Assembly (NCBI RefSeq): GCF_009914755.1 | Contig: NC_060927.1 | Reading direction: 5' to 3' (one strand) | Source: the human T2T-CHM13v2.0 reference genome, Homo sapiens | Length of the DNA: 64,000 nucleotides | Shown here: positions 53,735-64,000 of the stretch, in pieces | How positions within the stretch are numbered: position 1 is the first letter of the stretch | Layout of the letters: every line of letters starts with the position of its first letter | The notes under the pieces: model-generated | The model's input: the letters and a program-made list of their open reading frames with translations, nothing else | What the model was told of the DNA's origin: nothing | Database searches by the model: none | Translations under genes and position numbers: made by a program

Positions 53735-54339
53735 TAGTTCCAGGAGGTAGGTGCAGGTCAAAGGAAACAGCCATTGACAGGGAATTCTCCACATTTAGGT
53801 TTTATGTTTAGTATTTTACTAAGTGAAATATATGTGGTAGGAAATCAAACTGCTTTTTTTTCCCTTCCAAATACTTAAGTGACTATGTTGTTTTCTTTTA
53901 CTAAATAACCTCCCTGACTCCCACTTATTTTTTGTTTTTACCTTATATTATCTTTTTATATAGAGTCATGTTCCATTATGCTGTCTGGAGTCAGTATCAC
54001 ACTCATTTAATCACTTTCAAAAACAATTGCCTTTTGATATCTCTGAAAGCTTTCTGAGCACCTGGTTAGTCTTCTGGGAGAGCCTCTGGATACTTTTCTC
54101 AAGTTAACAAATAAAGAAAAATATCCACCCATTGGCATTTTCACCGGAAAGCCAATCAATAAATGACTGTTTTTGTGAGGAGCTGGTCATGTTTCCATTT
54201 AGTCCAGCCTCAGAGCAGGCCGAGCTGCTGCCTGCTGCCCTTGGTGCCCTTCATGTATATGGTTCAGGTTAGTCCTAGTAACAAATGTCCTTGGCTGTTC
54301 ATCTTGTGAATGGGATCTTTTTTCCACTATATTTTTGTC

Positions 54340-54340
<1 letters not shown>

Positions 54341-54374
<34 letters not shown>
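54341..54374. repeat. (TG)n(TA)n microsatellite
   Basis: Seen directly. Confidence 0.9.
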
Positions 54375-54378
<4 letters not shown>

Positions 54379-55017
54379 TATTACATTGCATTACAACCAT
54401 TATATAGGAAATCCCATACTTTGATTGGTTTATTTTGAATCTGGGCTACCTTACTGAACTTATTAGTTCTAATAGTTTTTCAAATGCTTCTCCTGGACTT
54501 TCTAAGGACACAGTAACACCACCTGCAAGTAATGAAAACTGAATCTCCTTTCTATAACTATATTTCTTATTTTTGACTGATACCATTGGAAAATAATGGT
54601 GGTGAGTAGGCATTCTTTTCTATTCCCTTGCTTCTGTGGGGATGCTTTTGAAGTGTTATGCCATTATGCATCATGCTAAGGAAGGATCCTTACAGTTCTA
54701 ATTTACTGAGAGCATAAAAAAAATCCCCAAGTAGGTGCTGGATTTTATTGAATGACTCAAGTGTGTATTGAGATGATGATTTAAGTTTCATAAAAATATA
54801 TTGTCTTAGTAATGTGGTATATTAATAGATATCTTTATGGTATATTGTCCTTGAATACCTAGGATAAATGCTACCTGGTCTTGTTGAATTATTCTTTTAT
54901 TAGCAATTTGATAACCTACTACTTTATATGGGTATTTTGCACCTAAGATTATATTGTTAAACACTAGCTGTAACGCCACAATATCCTTATTCAATTTTCT
55001 TTGTGCTAGAAAATAGC

Positions 55018-56162
55018 TATGGTAGATTGAATTATTGCTCCCAATTCCTCACTCTGCCATTATAGTATTATACACCCACATCTCTGCCACAGCCTCACAA
55101 AGGCCAGAATGTATTTCCCTGCCCCTTGACTTTGGAATTGGCTATGAGACTTGCTTTGACCAATGGGATAGTAGCAGATGGGACATAAACAGAAACTTAA
55201 AGCTTGCTTGCTTGGTGGGGCTTGCAATCCTCTGCCTGTGCTATCTACATGAGAAGAATACATAAGGCAGCCACTTCCTCTGCTAACTCTCTTAAACCTC
55301 AGAATAGGAGAGGAGGAACACATCTGTCTCAGCTGACTCAAGATCTGTGATCAAGAAATAAACTGCTTATTCTTGTATGCCGTTGATAATTTGTAGTTTT
55401 TATGCAGCTGAAGCTGACCAATATAATGTCTTATCTGAAAACAAACAAAAAAGTGTGGATACTATTTTAAGACTTAAATAAATAGAATTAGATAACAGAT
55501 GAACAGCTCATGGCACTTAGCTTGTGCTTGGCAATCATCACTCCCTCCATTCTCTGGCCTGGTAGGCTCACTAGAGGAGAGAATTGTGACAGATGGTCTT
55601 TTCAAAACATGGCCACAGGATCATCTCATCTCCTGGTTTACATGCTCTTCTAGAACCTGGCCACTCTTCCATTGAGAGGTGAAGTCTGTGTTCCTCCTAG
55701 GGGGCTGGGGTAGGTATTTGTGACTGCTTTACTCAATGGCAGAAGTGATACTTTGTGACTTCTGAGGTTAGGTCATAAAAATGCCATGCACTTACATCTT
55801 ATGGTCTTGGGGCACTTGGTTTTAGAACCCAGCTGCCATGAATGGGTTCTAAAAAACGCCCAAACTAGCCTACTCAGAAAGACCCCACAGTGTGGCCACA
55901 TGCATGTGCTGTAGTCAATGTCCAACACCCAGCACCAACTGCCAGACACATGAATGAAGAGTCCCTGGATGACTGCAGGGACTCCACTCGGTCACAGTCT
56001 TCAAGACTTCTCAGCTGAGTCCCCAGGTATCATGGAGCAGGGACAAGCCACCCAGTTGTGCTCTGGTGAAATTCCTGACCCACTGAATCTATGAGCATAA
56101 CAGAATGGTCAATTTACACCAGTAAGTTTGGGGTGGTTTGTTATATACTGATAACTGGAACA
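55018..56162. mobile_element. Two adjacent MaLR LTRs (MLT1-like)
   Basis: gacttgctttgaccaatggg and gtgacttctgaggttaggtcataaa...aagtttggggtggtttgttat motifs. Confidence 0.6.
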
Positions 56163-57715
56163 GGAATGGAGATTCAAAAAGTTTATGTGATTTTTCCCAT
56201 GGTTATACTACCTGAAAATGGTAGGCTTGAGATTCAAACCCAGGTTTGCCCATATTTTTTTTTCTACTGCACTGTACTGATGATGGACAGTGAATTTTGG
56301 AGAGGTAGTAGCTAAGCCAGGCAGGGCTAAGAAGGGTACCACTAAGTAGCTCCACCTCCATCTATGTGTAGCCCCAAACCAGGTCACTCTAAGGTGTGAT
56401 GGAAAAACTGCCCCTTCTAGAGCTGACCATCCCCCTCAGCAAGACTGGGCCTCAATAAAATGTTATTGCTGCTTAAAATGCTAGCAGCCTCACAAACCGT
56501 GAAGCAAAGACTTAATAGCATTCCAAACTGTAAAGACTTCATTATTTCCACAGAGAATGGCTTGGCACACTTATCAGCATTTTATTAAAAATTACCATAC
56601 ATATTTAAAACAAAACTACATGTGTCAAAACAATTGAGAAAAGCATTAGGTAATGCTCAGACGTGGCTGCTCTGTAGCACAGAATGATTACTAATTTGCC
56701 TCTTCCCTTTTGCAGACTTCAGTTCTGGGGCTTTTGCTGGGAGAAGCTTGGTGTTTCTGTGGGCACAAGCACAGTCTGGCCCCTACCACCTCATGCACAC
56801 TTTTGCCCATTTTCTTCTTCCCTTGGTTGTGTTGGCTGAAGTGCACCCTGGGAAACAAAGGCCTTGAAAGACAAAAATCTAAGAGATCAGGAGCAACTGT
56901 CACAAGTGGTGTTAAGAATCAAGTAACAAAGAAGCTTGGGGTAATGTAGCATGTTAAGAAAAAACATAAAAAAGACCAGAATCTCAACTAAATGGTTATG
57001 CATGCCTTTACAAACAGACTGTTGTGATTAAACCTCGCCTCTAAGTGAAGCTTGGAAAATATGATCTGGCTGTGGCTACTGAGACTTTGAGGCCATTTTA
57101 GCACCATTGTCTTTATTTTCCTTATCAGTCTTCAAGCTTATTTAATGTTTTGCATCTTTTTTTGTTTCTCCAGAGAGCTCTTCAACTGTGTGATCCAAAT
57201 GAATTTGAGAACACCTATTTACTGCTCCGCCCTGTGTCCTGCTGGCCAGAAGTGCCCATCAATTTCAAAGGCCTCTGTGTGACTGGATTGAGGAAGCCAA
57301 GAGCAGGGAGAAGAATAGATCCAGGTCTTCCCATTACTCCAAAATGGAGCCTAGCCCTCTGGCAGCACAGTCGGCCAGCTGGGACCACGGTGGCCATTAC
57401 TGGAAGTGTGATCATCTGCCCTCTCTCCTCAGTGCCCTTGGAATATGTGCTCTTCTGTCTGGCTTCAATTTCTCTTACTTCTTTGTGTGTGAAGAGTCTT
57501 CCTTTCAATCAGCAAACTCTTCCTGCACACTATAAAGCCCACTTTGGTCTTCAGAATCTTTCAGTGCCTGAGCTTGTCAGTATGAGGTTTCTCTTTCTTT
57601 ATTTCCAAATGTCCTGCTTTCTTTGTGTGCAACTTCTTAAGAATTTGGCAAAGTAAACAACAAAGCAGCAATATTTCATAGGGTTTAAACTTCCCTTTGG
57701 TCCTGGATAGAAAGG

Positions 57716-58090
<375 letters not shown>

Positions 58091-60919
58091 AGAAAGGATG
58101 TTTTTGTTTCTTCTTTTTCCTGTTCCTTTCTCTGCAATCATCTCTCTGAGTCTCAGACATGTGGCACTGGTTGGCTGGCAGCACCTTCTGTGTGTCTGAG
58201 CCCTTACATAGCTTCCAGAGGAAGGGGTGCTCCGTTGGGGTCCTGCCTGCTTTTGGAGCATTAGAATCTCCTTTTTTGCAAGCCTCTGTCTCCCATCATT
58301 TAACACCCAGCTGTGTCTCTCTGCCCACTGACCAGAATCTTTTCGCAGTAGGTGGGTTTTAAAAAGCACTCACCAGAACTCCCAAATGCTAGGGTCTCAT
58401 GGCCCCTCAAAAACTCATTACCTTCTCTTTGGGATCCTCAGACCTGGCAGGAACCTCACATAGGAAGAAAGGCAGCCAGGGAGCAGGCAGTGAGGACAGG
58501 TTGTAATCAGGCAGTTCTGGCTGGGCATAAAGTCTGCTCCTGCTGAAGGCAAGCTGCTCAACACTGCACTGGACATCCTCCATGTGTGGAATCTAGGCAA
58601 AGCAGCTCTGTCCTCTATTAACAAATAACTGAGCCTGGGCAATCTGTTACTTCAACTGTCCTTTCAAGCCAGGCTTTGCAGTAACAGGAATTTGAGGTCC
58701 AGCATGCAGAGACAGACCTAAGTGTGAGCCTCTGCTACTTATGAGCTGTGTGACCTGGGGCAAATTACTTAACCTCTCTATACCCTATTCCCTTCACTTG
58801 TGCAATAAGAATAAATAATACCACACACTTCGGAGGCATGGCGTAAGACTCAAATGACTAATATAGGGATAGTTCAGGGGCAGATACACGGTTGGAAAGC
58901 ACACTAGAAATATCAGTAGAATCTGAATTTTCCCCTACCTGCCTCCTTGTTTTCACTACAAATAACATTTCCTTTCCTGCTTTTAAGTCAAGAGGGGAAC
59001 ACACTGATTCTTTAGCAGACAGTTTAGCACACACTTCAAGCCAGAGAGTGTACCAGCAATGTGGATTCAGAAATAAATATGATGGGAGCCCTGCTCTCAC
59101 AGGATGGGGTTGGGGGTGGGGGATAAAGTCCCAAGGGAGTTGGACAGTCTCCAGATGGGTAGTCACTGCTGGGCAGAAACACATGAGGGAAGTGTCAGGA
59201 GCCCGAAAGAAGCTCTGAACAGGTTGGAACACGTTTTCTGGAGGATGGGACATTGAAACTGAATCACCTACAATGTTGAAGGCAGATGGTAACCTAAGAA
59301 AGGTAAAGCCTTGTTAATCAAATCAATTCTTTTCACTTTAACTGTATTGGAAAGATACTTTAAAAAATCTTCATAACAACTGAAGCTCGATGATGCCTTG
59401 ATTCTGCATTAACATCCTTGCCCATTTCTTGATACATTTTCAATTTACCTTCATGGTAATTTACACTCAAGGAAGCTGTCCAAGATATGCGGGGGATTCA
59501 ATAAAATAGGTCATGGAGTTAAATGCTGTGGTGAAACACAGGGCTTAATTTTATGGATAAAATTTAAACTGCTTAGCTGCCTTTTTTGCATTATTCATGT
59601 TAAGACTAATGATTACTCACTAAATGGGAAGGAATCACTGTAGAAATCAGGAAGCCATTTTCTTAATTCTTTAAGCACATCTGATGGAGCTGTGGACTCT
59701 GCCCTTGAGGTTAACAGCATTGTATTAGGGAAGAGACCTGCTTGGCCCACCAGTCAACCTCCCTTGCCTGGGCTGCTCCTGAAACTGCTACAGGAACAGG
59801 AAACTTGAAACAAGATTTTTTCCTAAAATTGACATTGGGTAGAATGAACAGGATAGAAGACAATATATTAATGTCAGTTCCTTCTGGTATTTTTCAAAGT
59901 GAAGTCTGCATTGATGTCATTGACAAAAATGCAAATTCCAGATTGTAACCAAATCTGCTTACTGGCAGTGAGGTTTAGGCACTTTAATTATTCACAAGCA
60001 TCCCAGGCAATTCTTATGTGCTAGTGGAGAACCACAGATTGGCATTGGCTATAGAGAGACCACTTCCTTTCAGTCATCCAAGGTTATTTTATTAACTTAG
60101 CACTGGGCTCCAACGTAAACAAGGGCTACTTTTCTATAATGATCAAATTACTAATTTTATAAGTATAGAATAAAAGGATATGGGTTTCTTAGATTGTAAA
60201 TGTTTGATGTAGTTAATGCAATTTCATTTTTGAGGTTTGTTTCTAATAATACTCTTAATTTACATGTCTAATGGATTCCTTGTACACAATTCTGATTATG
60301 TAAATTTAAGATGATCTTTTCCACTTTGCAATACAAGACATTTAAAATAACCTAAAGTTGCCCATTCTCACTAAGCACCTGAAAATTAGTCCCTGTGGGG
60401 AAACTTTTTTCAAGTTTTATTTTTCTTTTTATTTCAAGTGTTGTTTATATTGTTTCTCTAACTGTTCTACCTAATGATTGATAGGCACCTACCTTCCCCA
60501 AAGAAAAAGGGTTAAGTGATCAAATATGTTTGGGAAACACGAGGGCAAACAAAGTGAAACAGACTTTTACTGCAGATTGCGGATCCTTTGAGAGCCCTTA
60601 ATGTGCACAGTAATTCTCCAAGAAGGGGACAGAAGTCCCTGGGCTTCCCATGCTTGTTTAGTTTTTATGGATCCCTCTGCTGGATGAGTGTTCACAGGAC
60701 CACACTTTGTGAAATACTCAGTCAGCTCTATCAGCAAATTATATCACGGGAATTGGTTACTTTCATTTGGATGCTTTGCCCATGTTACCCAGACTTAGGA
60801 AAATATTTTACAATTTGGGGTGTATATGAGATATTTGGGGGCATTTTCTCCAATATCAACTTCCTGCTTCTGAAATTCAGGTTAAAACACTGACCTAAAT
60901 TACGGAAATCACAATCTCC

Positions 60920-61270
60920 TTCACCATCACCAACGTGCCACCATCATCAAATCATGATCAGCATCGACCAACACGATGATTCCCACTACCACTATCACAT
61001 TAATAGCACCACTACCATCCTACCATGCCCAGCAAGACAACTGCCATCACGGTCACTATGACCAACACCATATTACCACCGCTGCCACTAATATGCCTCA
61101 TTGCTATGCCAATAATCACTAACAGCATTACCACCACACTCCAACTAACCACTGCTGCTGCCATCATTACTGCCATGATCTGTACTACCACCACTGCCAC
61201 TAGTGCAAACATCACCACTACTGCTGTTAAAGCAGCCACCACCACTGCACCCACTGTCGCCACTGTCCTT
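60920..61270. repeat. Degenerate (CAC/CAT/CAA)n trinucleotide low-complexity tract
   Basis: Period-3 ccacca/ccatca pattern giving Thr-rich and Val-rich spurious ORFs. Confidence 0.8.
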
Positions 61271-63404
61271 TCCACATCCAGATGAAGAAAGAAGAAGAGA
61301 TAGAAAGCATAGTTTCATTATTCTAGGTCATATTCAAAGGTTGGTCACTAGATATAATTGCACATATGTTCCCCTAGTTACTATGGCATCCCAATAGCCA
61401 TCAAGTGGAACCAGACATGGTATCATAGCAGAATCCTGAGGTCTAAGGTCTAGTTTAAATAAGACTTCTGATCCAAGGTAGGGGTCCCTCAATTACCTCT
61501 ATGACAGGAGGCAAAGATGTCACACACGACTGCATGTCAGCTAAACTCATTGGAAGATTCATTTCTGCCTTCATAAATGTAGACACTGGGCTTCAGCTAG
61601 TTGTAAGGGAGCAGCCCCTGGTGCAAGCCACGTAGCAACTAGAGGGGCTTTAAAATCAGCACAAAATTAAGTTTTATTGCTGCTTTGAGGAATGTTCAGG
61701 TTGGTGGGAGGGGATTACAGCAGACAAGTGTTTAATTTACTCAACTATATGCTCAAGTTTATGTAACTGAGCTATTTTAAAATTACATTTTATGTATGCA
61801 TTGCTGTATATATTGCACATATATAAATGTACAATAATAATAAAGAGTGGCATATATGAGTCTCAGGAATTGTGCCAAAGGCTTTACATATACTCTCTTT
61901 AATCCTTTTAACTCCTGTATGAAAGGAGTGTGACTGTCATTCTCATTTTCCTAATGAACAAACTGTGGCATGAAGAGGTTAAATAATTAGCCTAAGCTTA
62001 CAAAGCTAATTAATTGTAAGACTAAGATCTAAACCCAGGTAGTCTGGTTCCAGGGCCCATGATCTTAACCAACACTCTACATTTTAACACACTGTCTGCA
62101 CATTGTCTACACACAGATGCAGTGTGTGTACATCAGTTGTATAAATATATCATCTTGCATGAAGTAATTTAAGGGATGTTCAAGGATATTGTTGATTATA
62201 TGCAATTTATCTCATGTGCTGATTTTTAAGCCTAGTCCCAGAGGAAATGCAAGTTCACTGAAATCTAAGGGGGGAAAAAAGACACGAAAAACCAACAAGT
62301 GCAAAGCAGTGTGGTGCAGAATGTGGTGGCAGAGCAACAACCACTCTCAGCAAAATCCTCATTAATTCATGCCAGTAAGTATGCAATGAGGAACTGCAGT
62401 ATGCAGGGCACTGGGTGGGGCGATGCCAGCCCTCCTGATCCTTATCCCATAACTTATCAGGTGTGTTCAAGTTCTTAGTGCGTCTCAAGAAAAAATATCT
62501 CAGGTTCGAATTGCTGCAAAGTTTTTCAAGCACATCCACCGATAGCAAGACCCACTGGAGGCAGATCAGCGATGAGTCTGAGGGCGGCACAAAGGGTGCT
62601 ACCAGGTGATCACCAGTCCTTCCTCCTCATCCTTATTCATTCCTTAGACATCTTGATATTAGAAATTATTGGTTTGTGAATGCACCTATTGTTAACTCTT
62701 TCAATATACAAATACATGCAAACATATGTATATTCTACATATATGGACAGGCACAGATTTTTTTTTATGTTGGGCTCCCTCAAACAGAATTAATCTGTGA
62801 GGGTATAAACCCACTTCACAATGTCCACAGTGGGGCCAAAACCGCTTTTGAGGTGATCAACTCTATGCTGGGAGCAGGGGAGTTCTGGGCTGAACTCAAA
62901 GATGCTTTTCAGCTCTAAAGTACCATCATCATCTTCATCCTCATCTTCCTTTTCTCTTAAGTGCCCAGAATGTGCCAGGCTCTGTGCTGTTTACAGGGTT
63001 TATATTCTCACAAAAATCTCAAAAGCCAATTGCCAGAATTTCTCTAAAGTTTCTTAATTGGTTTGGCACAAGCTGGAAATGGTAGTGCTTGGATTTGAAA
63101 GCAGGCCCATTTGCCTGGCTTTGAAGTTTTTTTTTTATGTTTTTGGTGCTTGTTTTTACCATACTACGCATCTCTTAAATTCTTTGTCCCTAAAATGGGG
63201 GAGGGGGCAATAATGCCAACCTCATGGGATTGTTTTGGCAATTAAATAACAATGTAAAATTCTTTTTGTAAAATTTAAAGAGCCATGCACATATAACATT
63301 ACTATTATTTTGGCTTCATGTGATTTTTTTTTTTCTGTAACAAATTTACTTAAATATCTAGATAATGACTTCAAGAAAATTGTCTTCCTTTGTAATTCTA
63401 CATA

Positions 63405-64000
63405 TTTTATTTTTAAATAATTTTAGACTTATGAGTGTTTTAAAGATAGTACAAAGAGTTCCCATATATCCTTTATTCAGCTTCTACTAATGTTAATAAC
63501 TTAAATAACCATGGTACAGTGATCTGAACCAGGAAACTAACATTAATTCAACACTGATCTAGAGACATCATTTCTATTTCCCTATTGTTCCACAGTTCAA
63601 TCGAGGATCTCACATTGCACATAGTTGTCCTGTATCTACAGTCTCTGCTAATCAAGGACAGCTCCTCAGTCTTCAGCACCTGGGCTTTTACAAAGAGCAC
63701 TGGTCAGTTATTTTGTAGAACATCCCTCAGTTTGGTTGGTGTTTTCTCATGATTAGATTAAGCTTATTCACCTTAGGCAAGAATACCTCAGAACTGATGC
63801 TGTGCTCTTCTCAATACATCCTACATCAGAGGGTACATGATGTTGATTTGTCTTCATTTTGGTCATATTAACTTTGATACTTGGTTGAGTGGTATATTCT
63901 AGATTTCTCCACATAAGTTAGTATTTCCCCCTGCGTATCTGTAAATAATATGTGTCCTGTAAGAAAACACTTTGAGATTATGTAAATATCCTGATTCCCA
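63405..64000 (-). mobile_element. Old L1MC-like 3' fragment
   Basis: aagatagtacaaagagttcccatata...gagcactggtcagttattttgtagaa motifs. Confidence 0.6.

Noticed and set aside
61012-61285. Thr-rich mucin-like ORF and Val-rich membrane-like ORF
   Set aside because: By-products of a degenerate trinucleotide repeat; no splice or gene context.

Overview
Human/primate genomic DNA, repeat-rich. It holds the 3' part of NMNAT3 (nicotinamide nucleotide adenylyltransferase 3) on the minus strand: coding exons at 36298-36481, 31025-31107 and 18436-18818, plus the 3' UTR. The upstream exon with the GSFNPITNMH catalytic motif was not found and probably lies beyond the right edge. The most interesting part is the intron upstream of the 184-nt exon, where several acquired elements are phase-compatible with NMNAT3. 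(1) A ~3.1 kb semi-processed DTWD1 retrocopy brought its own splice donor and offers a 282-nt in-frame cassette exon. (2) A 161-bp local duplicate of the exon's acceptor creates an 81-nt candidate poison exon. (3) A 3'-truncated L1 has an intact ORF0 whose splice donors point into NMNAT3 in frame. (4) Two inverted L1s bracket a 267-nt exon block. Also present: a 7SK pseudogene, Alus (two with locally templated insertions), LTRs and old repeats. Gene and repeat identities come from recognition, not database searches.
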